Notes under the pieces: generated by a model
Seen by the model: only the letters and a program-made list of their open reading frames with translations
The model's database searches: none
What the model was told of the DNA's origin: nothing
In this document: positions 16,203-31,619 of the stretch, in pieces
Numbering within the stretch: position 1 is the stretch's first letter
Layout of the letters: the number at the start of each line of letters is the position of its first letter
From: Octopus vulgaris
Lineage: Eukaryota
DNA: 64,000 bases
NCBI GenBank assembly: GCA_951406725.2
Contig: OX597817.1
Location: 171,926,001 to 171,990,000 of the forward strand
Reading direction: 5' to 3'
Program-made: the position numbers and the translations under genes

Positions 16203-16247
16203 CAGCAGCAGCAGCAGCAGCGGCAGCAGCAGTAGTAGTAGTAGTAG
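16203..16247 (-). repeat. (CTA)n-(CTG)n compound trinucleotide repeat about 125 nt upstream of the junctophilin ATG
   Basis: Plus strand cagcagcagcagcagcagcggcagcagcagtagtagtagtagtag. Confidence 0.9.
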
Positions 16248-16537
16248 CTGGAATGTAGCTAGTTCTTACCAGTTGCTAGAGTACTCCACACTAACCAACC
16301 AGTTGGTGGTTGTGACGGATGTGTTGAACGATGAGAAAAGATGGTAATTTCACAATCGACGGTTATGGCGTGGCGTCGGTGAGAAGAGAGCGAGCAGAGG
16401 AAAAAGAAAAAAAATTAGAAAACAGTCGAAGAGAACAGGGGGGCAGGCGAAGAGGAGCGAATGCTGTGTGCGTATTTGCGTACGTACGTAAGGAAAACGT
16501 ACATGTACGTATGTGTGCGCTTATGTGTGCGTGTGTG

Positions 16538-16598
<61 letters not shown>

Positions 16599-17167
16599 TG
16601 ACTGGAAAGAAAAGAAAATGAGAGAGAGAGAGAGAGAGAGAGAGGCAAGGTGTGAAATCGAGGAAGGGTGAGAGAAATTGAGTGAAAGAAGAAAGAGTGA
16701 AAGAGTGTGAGTGAGAAAGAGACAGGTAAAGGTAGAAAAAGAAGAAACAGTAATTATATTAGCATTTGTTGTTACTGCTGGGATTGTGGTTATTTGTGAT
16801 ATTTGTGGCGGCGGCGGCGGCGGCGGCAGGTGCCACAGAGGATGGTGAAGACTAACAAGGGACGTCCTCTCCTCTCGTCTGTTCTTCTTCTTCTTGCTCT
16901 GTTAGAAAACGTTCCACGTACGAAATAGGTATCATATCTCCTCTTTCCTGTGCAGCAGCAAACATTAGCAAGAGTATTGCGTTACCTCCAGCCTGTTTTT
17001 ACTGTTTATATTTGGTAAGCGAGCAGCAAACGAACCATCAGGAATCTCGACTACACAAGACAAATCGCTGGTAATACACTGACAGAATGCGAGTATGTAT
17101 GAGTGCGAGTATGTAGACGTGTATATGCGTGAGTGAGCGAGTGTGTGAGTGTATATAAATATATATA

Positions 17168-17201
<34 letters not shown>

Positions 17202-17862
17202 TGTGTAAGAGACGCGTGTGAGTTAGTGAGCGAATGAGCGAGAAAGTAACTGTGAGGTTGTAACAGAGAAAAACAGTGACAGAAGAAAGACACGTACAGG
17301 AATATATACACACACACATACACATACACACATACATACATACATACATACATTTACAAGACACTGAGCGATATACAATCGTAGAAAAATTTTCGAATTT
17401 TTATGAAGACAGTTGTTGCTGAAGAATTCCATGGAGGAAACATATAAAACGGTATTTCGGACGGCATCTTTCGCTGGCAGAAAAATAGAGAAAAAATTGA
17501 ATCCCAATACAAACAAACTAACAAACACAAAAAAGAAAAAAGGAAAATCAAAACGAACATGTATATATATTCACTATTTTTTAATGTGTGTGCGCGTGTG
17601 TATACATACTTGTATATATATGAAATTCAGGCAGTAAAAATATAAAATCAAAAAATATCAATTAATCAGACAATAATGATAAAATTTCTTTCCACTTTTT
17701 TCTTTTCTTTTCTTTTTTTTTTTTCATATTATATACATACATACATACATACTTGTATATACGCACATGCATATGCATGTATGTATGTTTGTATGTATGT
17801 ATGTATGATCACGTTTCCAGGTTGAAATCTCTCTCTCTCTCTTTCTCTTTCTGTCTGTCTGA

Positions 17863-17908
<46 letters not shown>

Positions 17909-17925
17909 GACTGACTGTCTGTCTG

Positions 17926-17997
<72 letters not shown>

Positions 17998-18805
17998 CCT
18001 CTCTCCTCGGTTTTTACGCTTCATTTGGAACCAAAACCAAAACAGTATTATATGTTACCAAAGCAGTAACATATATAACCTATTTTTATTTTATCTATTT
18101 ATTTACTTTATTTATTTATTTATTTATTTATTTATTACCTTGCTTATATGTGGGAGCCACTACGCGATCGCTCGACCTGCTAGAAATAGCAGCAAAATCT
18201 CCGCGACTCCATATGAAAAAAAAAAAGAAAAAAAGGGGGACACTTTGGATAAGGCAGTACTAATTAAACCAGACACCATGCCTATATATAAAACTGGATA
18301 GTCATGCCTAGAACGCTGTTGATAATAATAATAATAATCGGGTTTTACTCCACACAATCTGAGATGAAGAGCCACGGCAACATTGCGATCTTTTTCTAAG
18401 AACTAGAAATATCAGATTCTCTTTCGGCGTGACAACTCTTTTATTTTTATAATTACTCACGCATCATTCATCCACAACCACTGCCAAGAGACAAACAACA
18501 ACAGCAACAACAACAACAACAACAACAATAATAATAATAATAATAATAACGACGATGAAAAAAAAATGTCATAACGTATGACTTTCACATTTAACAGAAA
18601 AATGCAACACATTGAAAAAAGAAAAAGAAAAAGAAAAAACGAAAAAGACAACTGTTGTTTAGCTTTAATGCTTTTGCGTATATTTCATAACGACATCCTG
18701 TATTTTCGATTAAGACACGTCTCAGACGACAGACGTTATATGTTGTTGTTGTTGGTAGTAGAGATGAATAAGAATATATATATGTATATGTATGTGTATG
18801 TATAC

Positions 18806-18940
<135 letters not shown>

Positions 18941-19238
18941 TATATAAATTAATACTATATATATATATATATATGAATGTACATATTTATATAAATATGA
19001 GTATATATGTATATACATATATATATAGATATATATGTATATATATATGTATATATATGTATACATACATATGTATGTATGTATGTATATATATTTGTAT
19101 ATGATTGTCAATATGCGTCAACGTCGTTTAAAGGTAGGAAATTGGTGTGATCAGAAGCTGACAGCTGATAGAATAAATGTCCCGCAGCATAACATATTTA
19201 TTGCGTGTATGTGTGTGTTTTTTATGTGTCTGATATAT

Positions 19239-19334
<96 letters not shown>

Positions 19335-19567
19335 CGGGTAGAGAATCACGGAAGATGGACGTTTCTCTTGGATTTCAATAAAATATTAATTATTCGAACA
19401 AATAATAATAATAATAATAATAATGATATTAAAAAAAAAAACGCGATATAGGAATGAATAGCAATATTAACTGCAAATAAATTAAATGTAGCATATCAGT
19501 ATTTATTTAAGATCATATTTGATTTTTAATGATTACATAATAATAACATCATTGTTAGTATCATCAA

Positions 19568-19601
<34 letters not shown>

Positions 19602-19818
19602 AGTTTTTCTGCAACAGCGATAATTAATACTGCGAGACCTGTAAAGGCGGCACGGTTGCAAACACAACACACTTCATTTTTGACATATACGCACATATGG
19701 AAAATTAACATATATTTATTTATAATATATTTATATATAAATTATTTCATTCTATTTTATTCTATTTTATTTTATTTTTGGAGCACACGTTATTTTCTTA
19801 TTATCTCTCCAGCTACAT

Positions 19819-19873
<55 letters not shown>

Positions 19874-20544
19874 TCTGTTTGTTCAAATCGACTGTGCTGT
19901 ACTCCTCCCTGAGTTCGATTACTGCGGCGTTGCTAATATATTCGATCGCTTGGTTTGTGGTGCGCTTTCATACAAACGTAACAGTTTTCTCTTCCCTTCT
20001 CTCTCTCTCTCTCTCTCTCTCTCACTCAGTCGCTCTCTCTCTCTCTCGTTCTCTTTCTCTGTATCTTTGTCTCCCTCTTTCTCTCTCTCTCTTACTCATT
20101 CTACTTCTCTCGATCCCTCTTCTCTCAATCCGTCACACTATCTCTTTCAAACCCCCTCCTCTATCGCTTTGTCGGCCGGTCGGTCAGTGTGAAAAACTTA
20201 GACGTTGCTTGCGTACGCATACCAAGATCGTAAGTAGAGGTATAACTCGCATCCTAACACCAGCGACATCTCTCACATCGTCCTGCGAGATCGTTCTCCT
20301 TTGTTCCAATGTCGGGACGATATTTTGGACACCTGTTTCCTCGCCGATTCTAACTCTCACATCAACAAATGCAGCGAATGGATGGATTCATTTCGAGACA
20401 CTTTACGAAATAGCAGTTTTCGGAGCAACCGCGCATGCACTTTGTGATCCTCATGCGTATATATATACATGCGCGCGTGAGTTTATGCGTATACACGTAG
20501 ACATGCAAACACACACACACGTATGTATATATATATATATATAT

Positions 20545-20575
<31 letters not shown>

Positions 20576-20701
20576 TAAATATATGTATATATACATATGT
20601 ATTTATATATATACATGCTTATACACACACACACACACACATATATACATACACTCACATATATCAATATATATATATATGTATTTATATGTATGTATAT
20701 A

Positions 20702-20750
<49 letters not shown>

Positions 20751-20765
20751 GTATATATATATGTA

Positions 20766-20824
<59 letters not shown>

Positions 20825-20984
20825 GTACGTATTTACATATGTATACGTATGCATTCGTTCATATATACACACACATATATGTATACATATATATATCCAG
20901 TATATATATTTGTGTATGTGTTTAAATTCATCTATCTATCTATCTATCTATCTATCTATATATATATATATATATGCTCAGAAA

Positions 20985-21055
<71 letters not shown>

Positions 21056-21462
21056 AATCCGTTTTTATGTATGAGTGTGTGTACGTATATATATGTATTC
21101 GGCTCACAATCTTAAGGTCGGGAGTTCGATTCCCCGCGGCGCGTTTTGTCCTTGAGCAAGGCACTATTTCTCGTTGCTGCAGACCAGTCAACTGGCAGGA
21201 ATGAGTTACTCCTGTAAAGGGCTAGACTTGTTACATTTTGTATTACGCCGAATCTCCCCGAGAACTATGTTAAAGATGCGCGTGTCAGCGGAGTACTCAG
21301 CCACTTTCACTTTCATCCACTGGAACACTGATCGTCGTAACCGACATAGAGACTGGCCATGTGTGCATGTATGTGACATAATTTTTAACGATGGAACTCG
21401 GAGTACATGGAGTAATAAAAAAAATAGTGTGTATGTGTGGGTGTGTACATGCATATATACAT

Positions 21463-21520
<58 letters not shown>

Positions 21521-21526
21521 GCATAC

Positions 21527-21595
<69 letters not shown>

Positions 21596-21675
21596 GAGAG
21601 AGAGAGAGAAAGATAGATAGATAGATACATTCTTGTATATGTGTGTGTGTATATATATATACGCATATATATACG

Positions 21676-21729
<54 letters not shown>

Positions 21730-21763
21730 TATATACATATATATGTGTATGGTACACACACAT

Positions 21764-21832
<69 letters not shown>

Positions 21833-22322
21833 GAGAGAGAGAGAGAAAGATCGATTGATAGGTAGATAGATACGTACGTATGTATGTATGTATGTATATA
21901 TAAATGCATTTATATATGTATATGTATTTATGTATATGAGTGAGTGTACCGAAAATTCTTCAGTACTTTCCACCTAATTCGTTAGAAAATGTCTTATTGC
22001 TTTCTCATGTGTGAATATTGAATTTGCTGTGAAATTAAAATTTGGTTTCTTAAGATTATCTCCCCCTTTAAAAAAAAAAAATGTGCGCCAAGGTTTTATT
22101 TTTTCATCTTCGATTGAGTTCTAAATTTCATTCTTTAGCAGTATTGTAATGCAAATCAGCCAGTAATCCACCATCTACCTAAAATACAAACATGTATGTG
22201 TGTTTGTCAGTATGTATGCGTGTATATGTGTGTGTGTGTATGTAATATGAAAGCAGTGAACACGAAAATGAAGAAACGAGTTTTAAGAAATGTTGTTTGG
22301 GTTTAATGTTTTAAAGGAATGG

Positions 22323-22362
22323 TACGTCAATACGTTTCGGACACAAGTCCTTCATCAGAAAA
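22323..22362 (-). ncRNA. Hammerhead-like motif with intact core but no clear helix I
   Basis: Minus strand CTGATGAA-GGAC-TTGT-GTCC-GAAACGT-ATTG-ACGTA. Confidence 0.5.
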
Positions 22363-23868
22363 AAATACTAAAAGAGAATTAAAGGAGGCGTGTGATAGAA
22401 TAAAAGTGGTTTGAGGAAAACAAACAAGTGAAGGCTGAGGAAAAGGTGAAAATGCAGACATATGGGAGAAATTTAAGGAAGAAGGAAACAAAGCGGATGT
22501 GTGTGAGGGTACAGGTGTGTATTAGTGTATCAAAATAGGCATAACCAATGGGGGAGTGTGTGTATGTTTTATTTTTTGTGCGCATGTGTGTAGAGGTTTG
22601 CAAATGTAGGAGTGTAGTGTCTATGCATGTATGTGTGTATGTATGCATGTGTGTGTATGTATATGTGTATGTATGTTGCATATGTATGTATATACGTATG
22701 TAATCTAGTACAGCTAGTCGTTATTTGCAATGAGGTATAAGATGCACCATGATTTCACTAATTATTTGATACTGGCTGGTCCTGTGCCGTCAAAAATTAC
22801 GGTTAATTGTAGCATCTTATATATAAATATGGATGGTAAATCAAATTAATACAGTTGTCAATGTTATCTAGTGGCTGTCTTTTGCGATGTGACATCGATC
22901 ATCGTTTGTTACTGAAAGAACGCTGGTTCACACATACAAACATTCACATACTTCCCTTGTACACGCATAAACATACACACATCAGCGCACAGAGTTGAAA
23001 CGCTGTTTGATTTTTCTTTTCAGTGTTGAATGTTCACCATCCCACTTCTATTGCACACACACACACACACATACACACACACACATTCACACACCTCCCT
23101 TTTACATACACATACGTATACTCACACAGAGTTGAAACGTTCCCACTACCAGTTTGCCATCACCCCTTCCTTTCTTATTCACCTATCATCCCTTCCTTTC
23201 TCATTCACATGTTGTGACGGAGAAAATCACAAGAGTAGATTGTAGTCACGGGCAAACACGGACACTCTCTCACCCCTCACTATACACACACACTTTACTC
23301 AGTGGCACATCTTGTATGCATCAATTGGAGAAAGATAGCTACAACGACACCTGACTGGCTGCGACTCATTTGCAGCTGAATTAACTGAAGCAACGGGAAA
23401 GGAAATACCTTGCTCAAGAACACAGCACACTGCCTAGTCCAAGTATCGAACCCGCAGCCTTATATCATAAGCTCAACACCTTGACCACTAGACCCCGCAC
23501 TGAGTGAGAGAGAGAGAGAGAGAGAGAGGAGGTTATTAAATCTGAATATTTTTCTCGTGATATGAGTTTCATGCCATCACGATCTTCGAGCCAGTACTGC
23601 TAACACTGATGTAATATTTATATTTGTTGGTTTGGTTGTGGTCTTTTGCTTATCCCTGTTCGTTGATCTGCTATTTATGTTTACTGATCGGCTGTTATTT
23701 TTCAGGTCTCATCACTGGTTATTTTTATTGTGATATATATCTCTCTTACCGCACCACAAAAGCAATCGCATTAACTGTTAGAAAAATACAGCGAGTTGAT
23801 TACGTTTCGGACCTAGTTCTTCATTAATGTATAATACAGGATAATACAGGCATTGTATAATACAGGAT

Positions 23869-24090
23869 ACCTATTTCTTTACTACCCACAAGGGGCTAAA
23901 CACAGAGAGGACGAACAAGGACAGACAAACGGATTAAGTCGATCATATCGACCCCAGTGCGTAACTGTATTTATTTAATCGACCCCGAAAGGATGAAAGG
24001 CAAAGTCGACCTCGGCGGAATTTGAACTCAGAACGTAACGGCAGACGAAATACCGCTAAGCATTTCGCCCGGCGCGCTAACGTTTCTACC
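23869..24090 (-). mobile_element. SINE family A
   Basis: Near full-length match to other copies in the window. Confidence 0.85.
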
Positions 24091-24902
24091 GTGCATCCAT
24101 GACTGCAATCGCTGTCAAGTACTTTGGAAGAGCTACTCTAATGGATTTTGCGCTACTTTTTGTTTCTTTCCTTCAAGTTATTTCATCCATTTTGATTCTA
24201 TAATTTTTACGTCTTTCGTCATTGCTTTCCTCTTTTACGCCTTTCGTCATTGCTTTCCTCTTTTATGTCTTTCGTCATTGCTACTTGAATGGATTTTGCG
24301 CTACTTTTTGTTTCTTTACTTAAAGTTATTTTATCCATTTTGATTTTACAACTTTTATGCCTTCCGTCATTTCTTCCCTTTTTTGGCCGTAACTTCCCTT
24401 CACAATCGCAATCAAATTATCCTCTTAATTGAGATGTAACTTAATTACGTTTTTATGGCGAAATTTTGGGGCACATCTTCGACAGCTTCTGCTCTTCAGT
24501 TTGCTACTGAACAAGGCCTTGGGTATCCTTGTGTTCCCCGAGTGATTCACATATATCACCCAGCAAAACTGCCATTGTAATAGAACAGACTAAAGACTAG
24601 GTAAATCTGTACACTGCATGTTGGAGATGTGGTTTTGCCAAGAAATATTCATTTTACTTGGTAAATGACGTAACTGGCAGTTCATCAACTTTTTGATGTG
24701 TAAGATTACAACGCGTGGGTCTCCACCGAGTACAACAGACAGAAATGATAACTCTGCAGTTAGGTACACTTTACACACTGGGAATAGTTATATATTTCGT
24801 TGTTTCCGCAAAAATCCGTTCAGCTTCCCGAATATGACCGCAGCAGACTGCATGCAGCGAGCCCAGATTGTTACCACTAGAAATCATAGTGAAAATCATA
24901 CG

Positions 24903-25159
24903 TGAAAATCTTTCCAACACTTAAAGATAGATTTACAATCAAGGTGATACGAAATTTACGTCCAGCTCTCCATGGTCAGGATGAATCATGACTTTTAACG
25001 CTACTCACTCGGCCGGAGGCTGTCACTACACATTTACAACAATGTATAGTTCTCTGAATATCCACCAGGGAATGAACTTCTAGAACTGAGCCATCACTAA
25101 AGAGAAAGTTGCATATGCATATATCGCAATACTTCTTAGTGGATCCTGGCCATCACACT

Positions 25160-25242
<83 letters not shown>

Positions 25243-25397
25243 TAATAATAATAATAATATTAGGGAGTATAGTTCCAAACTTACAGGAAAAATTCAATTT
25301 AGTATTAAATCAAATTTAACAGTATATATAAAATGAATTAGAGATAAAACCACTATTATGCAACTCAAACAGTGATAAACATAAACCAATACATAAT
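24903..25397 (+). repeat. Dispersed repeat, copy 1 (inverted copy at about 39105-39598)
   Basis: ~260 bp near-identical, then (TA)n(TAA)n, then ~130 bp of more diverged shared sequence. Confidence 0.9.
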
Positions 25398-25418
25398 TAA
25401 CAAATAATATAACTATAA

Positions 25419-25465
<47 letters not shown>

Positions 25466-25537
25466 TATTTTTTAATAATTTTTTATTTATTTATTTAATA
25501 AAATAAATAAATAAAAAATAAGTAAAAATAATAAAAG

Positions 25538-25593
<56 letters not shown>

Positions 25594-25685
25594 TTATAGT
25601 TATATTATTTGTTAATTATGTATTGGTTTATGTTTATCACTGATTTGAGTTGCATAATAGTGGTTTTATCTCTAATTCATATTAT

Positions 25686-26961
<1,276 letters not shown>

Positions 26962-27959
26962 CGCTCATTATGCTTGTTTTCAAGCACGTCAACAAGAAAT
27001 TTTACAAGTAATATTGGACCAAGTGCACAGTCAATACTCAGCCGTGAAAAAGGCCGAGACGTCGCTCCCAAGGTAGATCATGGCCTTATCAATTTCTATG
27101 AATTTTCTCGGCTATATCTATTGAGCAGGGTCCACAAACCATAACTTTACTACACTCTCGGAAGTTTTCTCATAAAGGTGATGACCACGACGAAGAGGAC
27201 GACTTCACTATTGGATAGCAATTTCCCGAATTTGTCGCAAGATGCAAGTTGAATGCCAATGTGGATTCCGTAAGTCCCAGACACACAGAATCCACATTGG
27301 CATTCAACAAGAAATCTCCCGAATATTTTCTGAAGTCTCCTCAGCAGTATTTTCGTTAGAATTTTTCCCGCAGTCTAGGAGACGGAAATTCTGCAGTCTC
27401 TACAATCCTGTCACTCTCTACTAATAAATGAAGACTGGTTCCCCATTTTTAAATGAGTGCGGAACGGAATGGTAACGCATTACAATTCTCCGAAGAACTG
27501 GTGAAGTTTATTAGGCATTTCCTTCTCACCAAACTTAAGAACGTTGTCCACATCAGGAGTTTTCCTCGGTTTGTCAAGAGAACAACAGCTTCCTGCTTCT
27601 CTATATTCAATGGCAAATATAATTTTGTATTTTCTGAAGCTGTTGATTGTATTTTAGAGCCTCGCAAAATATGACTGAGGCGCTTTAGTAACTCACTAAA
27701 TGTTTCTATTAGTGTTCATTTTTCTTAGTGTAGATGTCTGATTCAATTGGGTAAATTTCCCTTATTCTGGAAACTGTTGATCCCTCTCAGACTGGCACAG
27801 AAAACCTTCACATTGTTATAACGACCATGGGCCTGAATTTCGTTTGCCTTCTGTTTACCATCAGCCCTTCAATAGCCACAATTCTTTTGGGGGCAAGACG
27901 TATACGTCTCTAAATCAGCTGGTGATTTGTGTATTTCGGCCATTTTAAAACTGTTTGTG

Positions 27960-27997
<38 letters not shown>

Positions 27998-28014
27998 GAT
28001 AGATAGATAGATAT

Positions 28015-28084
<70 letters not shown>

Positions 28085-29409
28085 TGATAGATAACAGCTG
28101 TTATATCCTCGCATCATTTTCATCAAACCAGTTGGTGTACATGTAATTAGGAGAGGCGATTAAGGCAGCAGATGTTTTGTAGGTTGCCTCACGCACCTAT
28201 TCTCAGAGAACATTGACACGGTGCTTTTCAACTTGCTGGTTATATCCGCAGCAAGTTCACATTGCACTTCAGAAATTTTCAGTTTACAAATATCCACTCT
28301 TTTTGCACAATTCTTACATCGTTCTTGCATTTCTGTCACGCAGACAAGTTGTTACATGTGGTCCGTATTAATAAAGGATCAATGAAGCAATAGATTTCCT
28401 TCCCATCATAGTATATGTACAGCTAACATAGACACAGCCTAATGTTTGGTAGGCTGCTTGGGAGAGGCGAGGGAGCGCAGTCCGATCTGGGCCACACTTT
28501 TATTGGGACGGTACTCTGTTGTATAACCCTGTATAAGTGAAGGTAAGGTAAAATTCCTTCTCGACTTATACTGACTCATAAGGGCCGGTTTCCCAGTTTC
28601 ATGGCATATATATTCCCCACCTGGATGGGATGCCAGTCTGTCAAAGGATTACTCATTTTTGCCAGTTGAATGGACTGGAACAACATGAAATAAATAAAGT
28701 GTTTTGCTCAAGAACACAATGCATCACCTGGTCCGGGAATCGAAACCACAATCTTAAGAACATGAGTCCAACACCCTAACCACTAAGCCATGCACCTTCC
28801 ACTATAAGCTTGTATCAGCTGCACTGGCCCGGATGAGGTGGCAAACTCAAAAGCTACCCGAGCAACACATACTGACCCTACGCCACTGGGTATAAGCTGA
28901 ACGGATCGTTTCAACCGCGGATTACACTTGCTATAATAATCATCTTTTGGGAGGACGGAAGACGTTTGCCGTGGCCATATCATATTTAGTACGTAGTTTG
29001 AGCAGAAGATGTCGAAATCTACTTTACCAAAGTGATACAACTAAAGTACGTGGAAGCATGTGGTTTAGTGGTTCGGATGTTGGACTCATAATCATAAGAT
29101 TGTGGTTTCAATTCCTAGATCGGGCGACGCGTTGTGTTCTTAAGCAAAACACTGCACTTCACAATGATCCAATCGACTCAGCTGGCAAAAATGAGTGTAA
29201 TCCTGCGACGGATCAGCGTCCGTCCAGTAGGGAATATATGCACCACAGAAACCAGAAAACATGACTCGGGAAGGACCTTTATCCTTTGTCCATTTATCCC
29301 AACTGAAATCCTCATTCTTGCATCAAAATCGCTCAAGCCAAGCAACCCATCGCTTATTGACACTGTACGAGTATCAACGCAGTGGGTCGTAGAAATTCTT
29401 CATTCTTTA

Positions 29410-29645
29410 GGGCGGCGAGCTGGCAGAGACGTTAGCACGCCGGGGGCGAAACGCCTAGCTGTATTTCGTCTGCCGTTACGTTCTGAGTTCAAATTCCGCC
29501 GAGGTCGACTTTGCCTTTCATCCTTTCAGAGTCGATAAATTAAGTACCAGTTACACATTGGGGTCGATGTAATCGACTTAATCCGTTTGTCTGTCCTTGT
29601 TTGTCCCCTCTATGTGTAGCCCCTTGTGGGTAATAAAGAAATAAG
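29410..29645 (+). mobile_element. SINE family A
   Basis: A-box-like TGGCAGAGACGTTAG, B-box GAGTTCAAATTCC, core gcctttcatcctt..gtcgataaattaagtacc. Confidence 0.85.
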
Positions 29646-29821
29646 AAATTCTTCAATCTTATTTTGCTCGTTTGTCATAGAAATACGTTAACCACTGAGT
29701 TCAGTTATTGTTGGATTGCCATCCACACATTTCACGTTCGTTAGTCTCTCAGGGTATAGCAGCAAGGAATGACACCAGGTTGATGATAACAAGTTCGTAT
29801 TGCAATGGATAAAAAAAAAAA

Positions 29822-30142
29822 AAGACTCCGCCGGTTACGACGACGAGGGTCCCAGTTGGTACGATCAACGGAACAGCTTGCTCGTGAAATTAACGTGCAA
29901 AAGGCTGAGCATTCCACAGACACGTGTACCCTTAACGTAGTTCTCGGGGGAAAATCAGCGTGACACAGAGAGTGACAAGGCTGACCCTTTGAAATACAAG
30001 TACAACTCATTTTTGCCAGCTGAGTGGACTGGAGCAACGTGAAATAAAGTGTCTTGCTCAGGGACACAACGCGTCGCCGGGAATCGAACTCACAACCTTA
30101 CGATCGTGAGCCGAATGCCCTAACCACTAAGCCACGCGCCCT
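29822..30142 (-). mobile_element. SINE family C (tRNA head, CORE-like tgtgtcc.tgagcaagacactt domain)
   Basis: A-box TGGCTTAGTGGTTAGG and B-box GAGTTCGATTCCC on the minus strand. Confidence 0.88.
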
Positions 30143-30796
30143 CACATTGCAACGGATAAACTTACAGTAGCTTCATTTCGAATTGCGCTCTCATTTCCTG
30201 ACAAGAAGAAGCTGCATAAGTTCTCTTCTCGTAAATCTAAATTAAATACGAATACATACCAACGTGTGTGTGTGTGCGTGTATGTGTGCGTGTGTGTGCG
30301 CGTGCGTGGGCGTGTGTATATGGGAGAGCATGTAAGTGCGTAGGAAACAACTCGTTTTTGAAGGTACGTCAATAGCATGTTTCTAAAATTTAGTCAAGGT
30401 GAATAGTAAATATGACATGAAACACTACCTGACAGAACCAAGTAATCAAGAAAATATTTAAACACATCACATATGAACTTCAGCATCACATTTCAAAGCC
30501 AAGTATTTGTCAATAGAAACTCAGTTGTTGTCTGATACAATTAAAACAGTACAAGAAACCCATAAACCTGATGAACATAGATTGTTTTTAGACGATTTAC
30601 TGTACGTTATTCATATGAATATACAGTGGGGGAGAGGTATTTGCGGATATATTAAGTTATTTAATAAAACACCTCGTTTTGGGATTTGGTTTGCAAGATT
30701 CTTTATGTGAGTTCGTGTGTTGAAGCATATTCTGTTGTGTCTGGGGAGAGTCATTTTCTTTTTGTGCCTTATAATGTAACACACAAACCAGTAAAT

Positions 30797-31512
30797 TTTC
30801 CACTTATTTCTTATTTTTATTTTCCTAAAATTTCCACTTATTTCTTATTTTTATTTTCCTAAAATTTCCACTTATTTCTTATTTTTATTTTCCTAAAATT
30901 TCCACTTATTTCTTATTTTTATTTTCCTAAAATTTCCACTTATTTCTTATTTTTATTTTCCTAAAATTTCCACTTATTTCTTATTTTTATTTTCCTAAAA
31001 TTTCCACTTATTTCTTATTTTTATTTTCCTAAAATTTCCACTTATTTCTTATTTTTATTTTCCTAAAATTTCCACTTATTTCTTATTTTTATTTTCCTAA
31101 AATTTCCACTTATTTCTTATTTTTATTTTCCTAAAATTTCCACTTATTTCTTATTTTTATTTTCCTAAAATTTCCACTTATTTCTTATTTTTATTTTCCT
31201 AAAATTTCCACTTATTTCTTATTTTTATTTTCCTAAAATTTCCACTTATTTCTTATTTTTATTTTCCTAAAATTTCCACTTATTTCTTATTTTTATTTTC
31301 CTAAAATTTCCACTTATTTCTTATTTTTATTTTCCTAAAATTTCCACTTATTTCTTATTTTTATTTTCCTAAAATTTCCACTTATTTCTTATTTTTATTT
31401 TCCTAAAATTTCCACTTATTTCTTATTTTTATTTTCCTAAAATTTCCACTTATTTCTTATTTTTATTTTCCTAAAATTTCCACTTATTTCTTATTTTTAT
31501 TTTCCTAAAATT
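30797..31512. repeat. Perfect 34-bp minisatellite, about 21 copies
   Basis: Unit tttccacttatttcttatttttattttcctaaaa; no variant units seen. Confidence 0.95.
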
Positions 31513-31541
31513 TTCGTTGCGTCTTGCAACCTTTTCAATAG
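31505..31541 (-). ncRNA. Hammerhead-like variant motif adjoining the 34-bp minisatellite
   Basis: Minus strand CTA-TTGAAAAG-GTTGC-AAGAC-GCAAC-GAAAATTT-TAG; helices I and II and a palindromic helix III are present, but the core is non-canonical. Confidence 0.4.
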
Positions 31542-31619
31542 TCTTGACTCTTATTTAGCAAAGCCAAATGTATTTTAATAAAAATTTGTGTTCATATTCT
31601 CTTAAGCTTTTTTATAAGA

